Source of the DNA: Acidobacteriaceae bacterium
GTDB lineage: Bacteria > Acidobacteriota > Terriglobia > Terriglobales > Acidobacteriaceae
Reading direction: 5' to 3'
NCBI GenBank assembly: GCA_030040935.1
Contig: JASHSG010000135.1
Location: forward strand, 1 to 53,889
Length of the DNA stretch: 53,889 nucleotides
The notes beneath the pieces are model-generated. The model was not told where the DNA came from. It did no database searches and saw only the letters and a list, made by a program, of their open reading frames with translations. Every line of letters starts with the position of its first letter. The stretch's first letter is position 1. The position numbers and the translations under genes were made by a program. Below, in pieces: positions 35,515 through 44,941 of this stretch.

Positions 35515-37599
35515 ATGGCGGATTTCTTACTGGAAATCGGGCTCGAAGAGGTTCCGGCGCGGATGATTGCGGGGGCCGAGGCCGAGCTGGGCAAGCGCGT
35601 GGGCGAATTGCTGAAGCGCGAGCAGCTGACTGGCGGAGATGCGAAGGTCACGACCTTCTCGACGCCGCGGCGGCTGGCGGTGCTGGTGGAAGGTGTGCGC
35701 GCCAAACAAGCTGACAACGAAAAAGTGGTGATGGGCCCCTCGTGGAAGATCGCCTTCAAAGACGGCACCGCGACGGCGGCGGGAGAAGCATTTGCAAAGA
35801 AGGCGGGCATTGACGTTGGAGAACTGAAAAAGATCGAGACGCCCAAGGGCGAGTACGTAGGCGCGACGGTAAAGCTCACAGGGCGGACGGCGGCGGAAAT
35901 CCTGGCTGCGGAGCTGGCGAAGGAAGTTCTGGCGATCTATTGGGCCAAGAACATGTACTGGCGAGCGGGCAAACCGGAACGGTTCGTGCGGCCGATTCGC
36001 TGGGTTGTGGCAATGATCGACGCTGAAGTGGTCCCAATGGAGATTGCAGGGATTGCGGCGGGCAAGGCGAGCCGCGGGCATCGGGTTCTATTCGGCGAAG
36101 CCCCGGTTCGCATCGAGGGGGCGTGCCAGTATAGAGAGGCGTTGCGCGCAGCTTACGTGATTGCGGATGTAGCTGAACGCCGTCAGACGATCCGCAAGGC
36201 GCTGGATGCAGCAACGCGAAAGGTTGAGGGCGCACGGTGGCGCGAGGACGAAGCGCTGGTGGAGACGGTGACGCATCTGACCGAGTGGCCGACAGTAATC
36301 CTGGGCGACTTTGAAAGCGAGTACCTCGACCTGCCTGAAGAGGTTCTGGTGACGGTGATGCGCGACCACCAGAAGTACTTCGCGGTGGAAAATGCCGGCG
36401 CCAAACTGGCGCCACATTTTCTCGCGGTTCTGAATACGCAGGCCAACGATGAAGGCGCGGCGATCATCCGTCATGGAAATGCGCGCGTCTTGCGGGCACG
36501 GTTCAAGGATGCGCGATTCTTCTGGGAGGTGGACCAGAAGACGCCGCTCGCCCAGCGCATGGAGAGCCTGAAGAATGTGACCTTTCAGAAGGAGTTGGGC
36601 AGCTACTACTGGAAGACCGAGCAGAACCTGGCCGTTGCGAACGCGCTGGCCAGCGTTGTGAAAAACGCCGATGCGCCGTTCGACGAAGCGTCGCTGTTCA
36701 AGGCGGTCGAGTTGGCCAAGACCGATTTGACCACGGAGCTGGTGAAAGAGTTCACCGAGCTGCAGGGAATCGTCGGCGGGCTTTACGCGCGGGCGCAGGG
36801 ATTGGATGAGCGGATTGCGCTGGCGATCTACGATCAGTACACGCCAGCTTCAATCGACGATCCCATTCCAGTTTCGGCGGAAGGTCAACTTCTGGGAATC
36901 GCAGATCGTGTGCAGACGATTGTGGCCATGTTCGGGATTGGCAACGCGCCGACCGGCTCCAAGGACCCATTTGGCCTGCGGCGCGCTGCAAACGGGATCG
37001 TGAAGATTCTCGCGGAGTCGAGTTTGCGGCTCACACTGAGCGATGTGGTCAACGCGAGCGGCGTGGACGACTTGGGCAGGGCCCAGGTAAGTGAATTCTT
37101 CAACGAGCGCCTGCAATTCTATTTGAAAGACGTGCGCGGGTTTGCATACGACGTGGTGAACGCGGTGCTGGCGACGGGCGCAGATGATGTGCGCGACGCT
37201 CTTGCGCGGGCCAGTGCGCTGACTTCGATACGCGGTTCAGGGGATTTTGCCGCTGTTTCGGCAGCCTGCAAGCGCATCAAAAACATTCTGCGGCAGGCCG
37301 AGGAAAAGGGCTTTCGTTACGACGATCGCAAGATCGGCAAATTGGCGCTCGAAGGCATCGACCTGTGGGACCGGTCGAAGGAGCTGGCGCCACAGGTTGC
37401 AAAGCTTCGCGAGCAGAAGAATTACGGCGAGGCTCTGGCGCTGATCGCCACGCTGCGGCCGACCATCGACCAGTTCTTCGACAAGGTGATGGTGCTCGAT
37501 GAGGACGAGGCGGTTCGCAGCGCGAACCTTGGCCTGATTGCCGAAGTGTTGCGCAACTTTTCGACCATTGCCGATTTCAGCGAGATCGTGACGGGGTAG
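35515..37599 (+). CDS. glyS: Glycine--tRNA ligase beta subunit
   Basis: FLLEIGLEEVP, TPRRL, FVRPIRW, HQKYF, EFTELQG, GSKDPFGLRR and KRIKNIL. Confidence 0.97.
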   Translation: MADFLLEIGLEEVPARMIAGAEAELGKRVGELLKREQLTGGDAKVTTFSTPRRLAVLVEGVRAKQADNEKVVMGPSWKIAFKDGTATAAGEAFAKKAGIDVGELKKIETPKGEYVGATVKLTGRTAAEILAAELAKEVLAIYWAKNMYWRAGKPERFVRPIRWVVAMIDAEVVPMEIAGIAAGKASRGHRVLFGEAPVRIEGACQYREALRAAYVIADVAERRQTIRKALDAATRKVEGARWREDEALVETVTHLTEWPTVILGDFESEYLDLPEEVLVTVMRDHQKYFAVENAGAKLAPHFLAVLNTQANDEGAAIIRHGNARVLRARFKDARFFWEVDQKTPLAQRMESLKNVTFQKELGSYYWKTEQNLAVANALASVVKNADAPFDEASLFKAVELAKTDLTTELVKEFTELQGIVGGLYARAQGLDERIALAIYDQYTPASIDDPIPVSAEGQLLGIADRVQTIVAMFGIGNAPTGSKDPFGLRRAANGIVKILAESSLRLTLSDVVNASGVDDLGRAQVSEFFNERLQFYLKDVRGFAYDVVNAVLATGADDVRDALARASALTSIRGSGDFAAVSAACKRIKNILRQAEEKGFRYDDRKIGKLALEGIDLWDRSKELAPQVAKLREQKNYGEALALIATLRPTIDQFFDKVMVLDEDEAVRSANLGLIAEVLRNFSTIADFSEIVTG

Positions 37600-37681
37600 A
37601 AGCCCCCGGCGGTCAGCTCTGAATGCTCAGCCGGTTCGTGCGAACTCGAGCGGAATTGCGCGGACCCGATTGGGGCAAATT

Positions 37682-38734
37682 TCACCGGCCGTCAAGAAAT
37701 GCGCGCACAGCCTTGCCTGCTGTTTCCGATTCGTAGGCGAACGAGATGTGCCCGTAATCGGAGTCGAGGACGAAGACGCGGGCGCCGATGGCTTTGGCGA
37801 AGCCCTCTGCCGGAAGAGGATTGACCATGTGGTCCTGCGAGGCCACCACAACAAGCACGCGAGCCTTCACGCCCTTCTCGGCGTCCTCCATGGATCCGCC
37901 CCGGGTGACGTCGTGATGGATCATGGCTTCCAGTTGGGAGAGCCAGTCATTGGCGTCAAAGGGAAGAATGCCCTTGGAATAATACGCGGAATAATCGGCG
38001 GCAAACTTCTCGGGTGGGTGCTCGCGCGCAAAGTTTGCCGGAGTGGTTAGGTTCATCTGGTGCACTGCTTCAACCGCTCCCAGGGCCGGAGCCTGAGTGT
38101 AGTGGCCGTTTTTCCAGGCAGGATCCGAGCGAAGCGCATCTTCCTCCGTACGCCAAAGCAGCAAATCATAACCGGTGAGGCGCGGCGAACCGACGATCGG
38201 AATTGCTTCATCCATGAAGTCGGGGTAGTCGACCATCCATTCGAATGTCTGCATGCCGCCCATGGAGATACCTATGACCGCGTGGAGACGCTTGAGGCCA
38301 AGCGACTCGGTAGCGAGGCGGTATTCGGCGCTGACCATGTCGCGAATGGTGAAGGCGGGAAAGAGCGGGCCGGGCTGCGCTGCGGAGTTCGAGGGGGATG
38401 AGGAGACGCCGTCGCCGAATGCATCGACAGCGATGACGAAGTACTTGGCTGGATCGATCAACTCGTCCGCGGCGACAAAGCCGGCCAGGCTTTGGCTGGT
38501 GCCCGAGAAATATGAGGGGAAGAGCACGGCGTTGGAGCGGTCGGCGTTGAGCTTGCCCCAGGTGCGGTAGCCGAGGCGGCAGTCGGCGATCTGCAGGCCA
38601 TTGACGAGCTTGCACACACCAAGGTCGGCAAACTGTTGCTGGCCGTCGTTCGCGGCGGACGGGGCTTGCGCGGCGGCCAGGGCGGCGCCGGCGATCAGGG
38701 CGGAAACAATAAATTCAAGCGCGGTTTTCTGCAT
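37682..38734 (-). CDS. Exported alpha/beta hydrolase, homoserine O-acetyltransferase (MetX)-like fold
   Basis: YRTWGKLN, FTIRDMV, GISMGGMQ elbow, QDH Asp and SDYGH His; signal peptide ending AAAQA. Confidence 0.85.
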   Translation of the reverse strand: MQKTALEFIVSALIAGAALAAAQAPSAANDGQQQFADLGVCKLVNGLQIADCRLGYRTWGKLNADRSNAVLFPSYFSGTSQSLAGFVAADELIDPAKYFVIAVDAFGDGVSSSPSNSAAQPGPLFPAFTIRDMVSAEYRLATESLGLKRLHAVIGISMGGMQTFEWMVDYPDFMDEAIPIVGSPRLTGYDLLLWRTEEDALRSDPAWKNGHYTQAPALGAVEAVHQMNLTTPANFAREHPPEKFAADYSAYYSKGILPFDANDWLSQLEAMIHHDVTRGGSMEDAEKGVKARVLVVVASQDHMVNPLPAEGFAKAIGARVFVLDSDYGHISFAYESETAGKAVRAFLDGR

Positions 38735-38814
38735 GGCAGAAAGTCTACAACGCCAGCGGCGCCGAAGCTGCTGCATATCGGGTGCGAGCGTCTGCACGTC
38801 TAAAATCAATACTG

Positions 38815-39519
38815 ATGGCGGATACCCTTTATTTGAGCCTGTGGTACCCGAACCTGCGCCTGGAGACGCTCCCCGACAAGCTGATTGCCGTGCTGGGTGC
38901 TTTTGCCGCACACGGGGGCGAGGCGAAGGTCTACTCGGCGACAGTGTGGCCGGTGAGCTGGAACGAAGCGCCGGTCTTCGAGCGAATTTACGGGCGGATG
39001 GCAGGCGGGCCCGGGCAAGCGCCAGGCGCAGAACCGCGGCTGGCCGTAGAAGAGGCGACCGAGCTGCTGCACGAGGACTACGCATACGAGTTTCAGATTG
39101 GGTGGAGCTTGTGGGCGCTGGAGACGGAAGAAGCTGGTTTATCGGCTCGCCCCGCTGAAGCGGGAGTCGCTCGGGATGACAATCAACAGCCACACGGCCA
39201 GGACGGCGGTCCATTGGCGCGCTGGGCTCGGGGACCGAGGTTGGTGCGGGTTACCGGGTACGGGGCGCTGTTCGACGAGGGGGCGTATGAGCAGGATGGC
39301 CATATCCGCATCGACTTTGGCAGCGATGCGCCGTTCCTCGAAGAGGACGCGGACCTGGACCTGGTTGGCGCGCGGCACGTTGAAGAGAATGTCCGCCAAC
39401 TGGTGAGTCTGACCGCAGGAGTGGAGAAGGCCTCGGGCGCGACGGCGCGCCTGCTGTGGAGCGAGCTGGGCGAGAGTTTGGCAAAACGGCTCGCAGCACG
39501 GCTGGGAATGGAGAACTAG
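38815..39519 (+). CDS. Hypothetical protein
   Basis: MADTLYLSLWYPN...RLLWSELGESLA; coding-like codon use; TAAAAT 8 nt upstream; carries an in-frame REP copy. Confidence 0.78.
   Translation: MADTLYLSLWYPNLRLETLPDKLIAVLGAFAAHGGEAKVYSATVWPVSWNEAPVFERIYGRMAGGPGQAPGAEPRLAVEEATELLHEDYAYEFQIGWSLWALETEEAGLSARPAEAGVARDDNQQPHGQDGGPLARWARGPRLVRVTGYGALFDEGAYEQDGHIRIDFGSDAPFLEEDADLDLVGARHVEENVRQLVSLTAGVEKASGATARLLWSELGESLAKRLAARLGMEN
39131..39182 (+). repeat. REP-like element family A, in frame inside the hypothetical ORF
   Basis: AAGCTGGTTTATCGGCTCG-CCCCGCTGAAGCGGG-AGTCGCTCGGGATGACAA. Confidence 0.75.
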
Positions 39520-39552
39520 TGTGGTCAGCCTGAAGTTCGCTAAAAGGCACCC

Positions 39553-39602
39553 GCAGATGCTTCGACTCCGCCCGGTACGGCGGATCTCGCTCAGGATGAC
39601 AA
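39553..39602 (+). repeat. REP-like element family A, intergenic copy
   Basis: GCAGATGCTTCGACTCCGCCCGGTACGGCGGATCTCGCTCAGGATGACAA with internal stem TCCGCC/GGCGGA. Confidence 0.8.
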
Positions 39603-39643
39603 CGTCCAGTTGCACCACGCGATAGGAACGGAGTGCGAACGCA

Positions 39644-42232
39644 GTGCGGTTGACGATCGAGCGAATCCGGACGCTGGTGCTGGTGGCGGGCGTGCTGCTC
39701 GCGGCCGCGCTGGGAGTGTTCCTGTTGAGGGCTAAGTGGAAGAACATGCTGAACCGGCACGATCTGCCAGAGAAGCTGGCCAAAGGCATCGTAGAGGAGG
39801 CGAATGGGTATACCTACGTTCATGCGTTTGGAGCGCACTCCCAGTACAGGATTCACGCGTCGCGCGAAGTGGAGCTGAAAAACGACTTCATCGAGCTGCA
39901 TGACGTCGAGATCGATCTTTACGGCACCGATGGAACCGAGATCGACCGAATATCGGGTGATTCGTTTGAGTACAACCAGAGTACCGGATTGGCAACAGCA
40001 AATGGACCGGTGGAGATGCTGCTTACGAGACCGACAGCGAGCACCGCTTCGGCCATGGAGACAGCGGACAAGACGCTGCCCAGGATCGCGGAGAGCCATG
40101 TGATTGACAAAGTCGGCGCTGCGGCCGGCCCGGTGCAGCAGATCGACGTCAAGACGAGTGGAGTGACCTTCGACCGCAAATCGGGGCTGGTCACGACGTC
40201 CGAGCGGGTGGATTTTTCGACGGCAGAGGGAAGCGGCAGCGCGATGGGCGCAAGCTACGACTCGCAAAATGGCCATCTGACGCTGGAGCAGGCCGTGGAG
40301 ATGACCACGCAACGGAGCGGCAATGAGGTGCGGATTCGCGCGCAACATGCGGAGCTCGACCGCGGCGCGCAAACCTGCATGCTCATGAAGGCGGAAGCGG
40401 AGTATCACGGTGGACAGGCTGACGCCGCTGAAGCGAGAATCCTGTTCCGCACCGATGGGTCGGCGGAACGGCTTGACGCGAAGGGCGGTTTCACAGTCGC
40501 GACCGCGTTCGGCGGGCACGTGGCTGCTCCGGCGGCGTGGATGGATTTTGACAAGCACAGCGAGCCGCTGCATGGGCGCATGGAAGGTGGCGTGACGATG
40601 GACTCGGCAAAAGAGGGACGCACGATTCATGGCACGTCGCCGGCGGCAGATCTGGTGTTCGGGGCGAAGGGAGTGTTGAAGACCGCGCATCTGGAGCGGG
40701 GCGTGGAGATGAGGAGCGAAGAGACCGACGGGGAGACCGCGGGGCAGGCTTCGCAGCGCGTGAGCAGAACGTGGCGCTCGTCGGTGGTGGACATCGGCTT
40801 TCGGATGGCGCCCGGCGCGGCCGGAGGACAGACACAAAAGGGACAGTTGGAAGTGGAGACGATGCGGGGCTCGGGCGGAGTGACGATCACCAGCGAAAGC
40901 CGGCGTGGCGACGCGACGGCAATGCCATCGATCATGACCGCTGATTTGGTGACAGGAACGTTTGGAGCGGGCTCAGAGCTGCGCACGGTGAACGGTGTGG
41001 GCCATGCGGAGATCGACCAGACGACGGCAACAGGCGCACGGCAGACTGCGACGGGCGACCGGCTGGTGGCGGAGTTTGATGAAGGCAGAGACCAGGGAGC
41101 AGGAACCAGGGACCAGAAGGACGGGGACCGAAGGACCGAGGGACCGCGGGACCAGGAAACTGGAGTTTCGGTCCGCGCGGTTCAAGGCAACGTGGCCAGC
41201 GTGCGGACGGCGGAGCTCGATGGGAATGTGGTGCTGGTTCAGCAGCCGGGAACCAGGCCTGGAACACAAGCACAGGCGTCGCTGCGCGCGACGGCTGGCA
41301 AAGCGGTTTATGAGGGCAGGGGTGAGTGGCTGCATCTGACGATGGGTCCACGCGTGGAGAACGGAGGCATGGAGCTGACCGCGGACAGGGTGGATGTGTC
41401 GCAGCAGTCTGGAGATGCTTTCGCGCGTGGCAATGTGAAGGCGACGTGGATGGGTGCGGGCAACCAGGGCGGGGCGGCAGGCAGCGAAGGGGGCCAGGGC
41501 ACAATCGCGCTGGGCGGCAAGGGTCCGGCGCATGTGGTTGCGGCCAATGCGCAATTGAGCCAGTCAACGGGCGAGGCGACATTTCGCGGACACGCGCGTC
41601 TGTGGCAGGAAACGAATTTCGTGGACGGGCCGGAGATCGTGCTGAACCAGCACCTTGAGACGCTAAGGGCGCAATCGAGCGATGCGGCAGAGCCGGTGCG
41701 AGTGGTGGTCGAGAGCGCGACGGGCGCGGAAGCGAGCACTACTCAACATGCAGCAGGCGTCAATGCGGGAGGGCAGCCGGCAGTGATCCGCGTGCGCGGC
41801 GGTGAGCTCGAATATTCCGATGCGGCGCGCAGGGCGGTGATGCACGGAGGCGTGCTGGGCGCTGTAATTGCGGAGACCGCAACGGCGACGTCTTCATCCG
41901 ATTTGGTGGAGCTTTTGCTGATGCCGGCGGGGAGCCATGACGCCAGCAGCGGCGGGCAGGCGCAAGTCGACAAGATGAAGGCAACCGGTCACGTAGTGCT
42001 GACGATGCAGGGCCGGCGCGGGACGGGAGACGAGCTGGTCTACTCCGGGGCGACTGGTGAATATGAGCTGACCGGCAGTGCCGGCGCGCCGCCGAAGCTA
42101 AGCGACCCGGAGCGCGGAACGGTGACGGGCGAGGCTTTGATTTTCAATAGCCGCGATGATAGGGTCAGTATCGAAGGCGGAGGCCGCGAAACAGAAACGC
42201 AGACAACGGCTCCGGAAGCGCACGGAAAATAG
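39644..42232 (+). CDS. Long LptC/LptA(OstA)-like LPS transport bridge protein
   Basis: Single N-terminal TM followed by about 800 aa of Gly/Thr-rich beta-jellyroll repeats, LptA-like C-terminus (GDELVYSGATGEYELTG); directly upstream of lptB. Confidence 0.85.
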   Translation: MRLTIERIRTLVLVAGVLLAAALGVFLLRAKWKNMLNRHDLPEKLAKGIVEEANGYTYVHAFGAHSQYRIHASREVELKNDFIELHDVEIDLYGTDGTEIDRISGDSFEYNQSTGLATANGPVEMLLTRPTASTASAMETADKTLPRIAESHVIDKVGAAAGPVQQIDVKTSGVTFDRKSGLVTTSERVDFSTAEGSGSAMGASYDSQNGHLTLEQAVEMTTQRSGNEVRIRAQHAELDRGAQTCMLMKAEAEYHGGQADAAEARILFRTDGSAERLDAKGGFTVATAFGGHVAAPAAWMDFDKHSEPLHGRMEGGVTMDSAKEGRTIHGTSPAADLVFGAKGVLKTAHLERGVEMRSEETDGETAGQASQRVSRTWRSSVVDIGFRMAPGAAGGQTQKGQLEVETMRGSGGVTITSESRRGDATAMPSIMTADLVTGTFGAGSELRTVNGVGHAEIDQTTATGARQTATGDRLVAEFDEGRDQGAGTRDQKDGDRRTEGPRDQETGVSVRAVQGNVASVRTAELDGNVVLVQQPGTRPGTQAQASLRATAGKAVYEGRGEWLHLTMGPRVENGGMELTADRVDVSQQSGDAFARGNVKATWMGAGNQGGAAGSEGGQGTIALGGKGPAHVVAANAQLSQSTGEATFRGHARLWQETNFVDGPEIVLNQHLETLRAQSSDAAEPVRVVVESATGAEASTTQHAAGVNAGGQPAVIRVRGGELEYSDAARRAVMHGGVLGAVIAETATATSSSDLVELLLMPAGSHDASSGGQAQVDKMKATGHVVLTMQGRRGTGDELVYSGATGEYELTGSAGAPPKLSDPERGTVTGEALIFNSRDDRVSIEGGGRETETQTTAPEAHGK
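41087..41160 (+). repeat. 7/8-mer GGGACCA/GGACCGA-type tandem repeats inside the Lpt bridge gene
   Basis: AGAGACC AGGGAGC AGGAACC AGGGACC...GGACCGAA GGACCGAG GGACCGCG GGACCAGG, encoding RDQGAGTRDQKDGDRRTEGPRDQE. Confidence 0.75.
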
Positions 42233-42376
42233 GGCGCAAATGATGCGCAAAGCCAGGGTTTATGCAGCATCTTTCGAAGCCTGCAGGGTCTCCGCTCCCC
42301 CATCGTCGTGCCGGCATGAAGGCTCGGGGGATATAGCAGACTGTTACTCTGGATTTGCGGCACCCCAGCGAGACGC

Positions 42377-43105
42377 ATGCAAACACTGATTGCCGAGGGA
42401 ATCGGTAAGAGCTACAAACGGAGGCAGGTTGTACGGGACGTAAACCTGAGAATCTCCAGCGGCGAAGTAGTGGGTTTGCTGGGACCAAACGGCGCCGGCA
42501 AAACAACCAGTTTTTACATAATCGTAGGGCTGGTGCAGCCCGAGAGCGGGCGCGTGCTGGTGGATGATACCGACATCACGCGGGTGCCCATGTACCTGCG
42601 GGCGCGGAACTTCGGGATCAGCTATCTTCCCCAGGAGCCGTCGGTTTTTCGCAAGCTGACGGCGGAAGAAAATATCCTGGCGGTGCTGGAAGCGCAGCCG
42701 CTGGGAAATCGGGAACGGCGGGCGCGCGCCGAGAAGCTGATCAACCAGCTGAACCTCGGCCATATCCGCAGCACGCGGGGGTATGCACTTTCGGGCGGCG
42801 AGCGGCGGCGAGTGGAGATTGCACGGGCGCTGTGCATCCAGCCGAGCTTTATTCTGCTCGACGAACCGTTCAGTGGAATCGATCCCATTGCGGTGCTGGA
42901 GCTGCAGAAGATCATCTTCGACCTGAAAGCAAGCGGGATCGGCGTCCTGGTGACGGACCACAACGTGCGCGAGACACTGAGCGTGACCGACCGGGCGTAC
43001 ATTATTACCGAGGGCCGGATTTTCCGCACCGGAACGCCGCGCGAGCTGGGCAACGATGTGGAGGTTCGGCGGATCTACCTGGGCGAGGGATTCTCCTTAA
43101 ACTAA
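42377..43105 (+). CDS. lptB: LPS export ABC transporter ATP-binding protein
   Basis: [39 protein letters not shown] and TDHNVRETL. Confidence 0.97.
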   Translation: MQTLIAEGIGKSYKRRQVVRDVNLRISSGEVVGLLGPNGAGKTTSFYIIVGLVQPESGRVLVDDTDITRVPMYLRARNFGISYLPQEPSVFRKLTAEENILAVLEAQPLGNRERRARAEKLINQLNLGHIRSTRGYALSGGERRRVEIARALCIQPSFILLDEPFSGIDPIAVLELQKIIFDLKASGIGVLVTDHNVRETLSVTDRAYIITEGRIFRTGTPRELGNDVEVRRIYLGEGFSLN

Positions 43106-43323
43106 GCCGCTGGACGCTCGACCTAAATGAGGCATATTCTGATGGTTTGCGGGGCGCAGGAGGGCGCGCCCGCGTCAATATTTTCGCAGGGATTGCAAAT
43201 CGGAACGGACACCGATTCAGGACAATGACGCGAATTGGTGATTCGATTTGGAGCCGTTTCTGGATTAACCTTTATCACGCGCGATTAAACTCGCTTTGAG
43301 CCAAAACGGGAAGAAACGCACAA

Positions 43324-44925
43324 ATGGCACTACTGCAACCAAGACTGAATTTGAAGGTGGCCCAACGTCAGGTGCTGACGCCGGGCCTGATGCAGATGGT
43401 GAGCGTTCTTGCGTTGAACAAGCTGGAGCTCAAGGAGATGATCGATGCGGAGATGGTGGAAAATCCCGTCCTCGAAGAAATTGACGAAACCGTTCCGATG
43501 CTCGATGAGGTTCGAGACCGCGAGGAGCGGCTGGAGCGGCCGGCAGAGGAAGCAGCCGCGCCACCCAAGGACATTTTCGACGAAATCGATTTTGGCTCGT
43601 ACTTCCAGGAGTACCTCGATCCTGGCTACCGCACCCAGCCGGAGTACGAAGATAACGAAAAGCCCTCGTTTGAGAACTTTCTCTCCCAGCCGACAACTTT
43701 GTCCGATCATCTGGCGTGGCAGCTGGGAGCTTTGAGCCTGGACCGAAAGCTGCTTGAGGCAGCGGAGTTTGTGGTTGGCAACCTGGATGAGGATGGTTAT
43801 CTGGCGGCGAGCGAAGATGAGCTCGCCGCAGCTTTTTGCGGGGTCGCGGCCGACGTGGCGGCGAGCAACGGCCACGTGGTGGAGCTGGCCGCGGCACTGG
43901 ATCTGACCCGGCGCGCGGTCGACCTGGTGCAGCATCTGGATCCGGCGGGAGTGGGGGCGCGGGACCTGCGGCAGTGCCTGGCGCTGCAAATTACGGCACA
44001 GCGGCAAGAGTTCAGCCATTTGTACGGAAACGGGTCGGTGGGGGCGGGCGAGGATCCGGCCGTCGATCCCCACGGGAGCCTCCGCGCCGAGGCCGAGGCC
44101 AGGATCGATGAGCGCAGGCGGGCGATGGAGGTGGCGGAGCTGATTGTCGAGCGCCACCTGCCTCTGTTGCAGAAGCGCGACGTAAAGGACCTGGCGCGGG
44201 CGGCCCAAGTTACGGCGGAAGAGGCGCACGCAGCGGTGGAATTCATCCGCACGCTCGATCCGCGGCCGGGACGAATGTATAACCGGGACCAAGCACGGCT
44301 GATCGAGCCCGATGTCTATATTGTGAAGCGCGGCGGCGAGTGGATCGTGAGCATGAACGAAGAGGACCTGCCCAGCCTGCGCCTGAGCCAGCGCTACCGG
44401 CGCATGCTGATCTCGGCCGACACCGACAAGGAAGTGAAGGAGTACGTCAAGGAGCGATTCCGCTCGGCGCTGCAACTGATGCGGAATATTGCGCAGAGGA
44501 AGAGCACGATTCTCAGGACCTGCGAAGTAATTGTCCGGCGGCAGCAAGAGTTTTTCGACAGGGGCGTTGAAGGGCTGCGCCCAATGATGATCAAGGAAGT
44601 GGCCGAGGAGATCGGAGTCCATCCTTCGACGGTGAGCCGCGCCGTGGCGAACAAATACGCGCACACACCGCAAGGCGTGCTGGAGCTGCGTTTTTTCTTT
44701 TCAGAGGGCGCAAACGGACCGGAGGGCGCGGATACGCCGCTGCTGGTCTTGAAGCGCAAGGTGCGCAAGCTCATCGAGGACGAGGACGCGCGGCATCCGC
44801 TGACCGACGACCAGCTTGCGGCGATGCTGCAGTCGCAAGGGATTCAGTTGACGCGGCGCACTGTGGCGAAATATCGCGAGGACATGAACATTCCGTCGAC
44901 GCACCAGAGGCGGAAGAGGGACTAA
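43324..44925 (+). CDS. rpoN: RNA polymerase sigma-54 factor
   Basis: Gln/Leu-rich region I, ENPVLE, DPAGVGARDL, HPSTVSRA, RpoN box RRTVAKYRE. Confidence 0.97.
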   Translation: MALLQPRLNLKVAQRQVLTPGLMQMVSVLALNKLELKEMIDAEMVENPVLEEIDETVPMLDEVRDREERLERPAEEAAAPPKDIFDEIDFGSYFQEYLDPGYRTQPEYEDNEKPSFENFLSQPTTLSDHLAWQLGALSLDRKLLEAAEFVVGNLDEDGYLAASEDELAAAFCGVAADVAASNGHVVELAAALDLTRRAVDLVQHLDPAGVGARDLRQCLALQITAQRQEFSHLYGNGSVGAGEDPAVDPHGSLRAEAEARIDERRRAMEVAELIVERHLPLLQKRDVKDLARAAQVTAEEAHAAVEFIRTLDPRPGRMYNRDQARLIEPDVYIVKRGGEWIVSMNEEDLPSLRLSQRYRRMLISADTDKEVKEYVKERFRSALQLMRNIAQRKSTILRTCEVIVRRQQEFFDRGVEGLRPMMIKEVAEEIGVHPSTVSRAVANKYAHTPQGVLELRFFFSEGANGPEGADTPLLVLKRKVRKLIEDEDARHPLTDDQLAAMLQSQGIQLTRRTVAKYREDMNIPSTHQRRKRD

Positions 44926-44941
44926 AAGCAGCTTTCAGCCA

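Noticed and set aside
42282-42335. GCAGGGTCTCCGCT...GCTCGGGGGATA as a decayed family-A repeat before lptB
   Set aside because: Similarity is limited to a few bases at each end and is too degenerate to call by eye.
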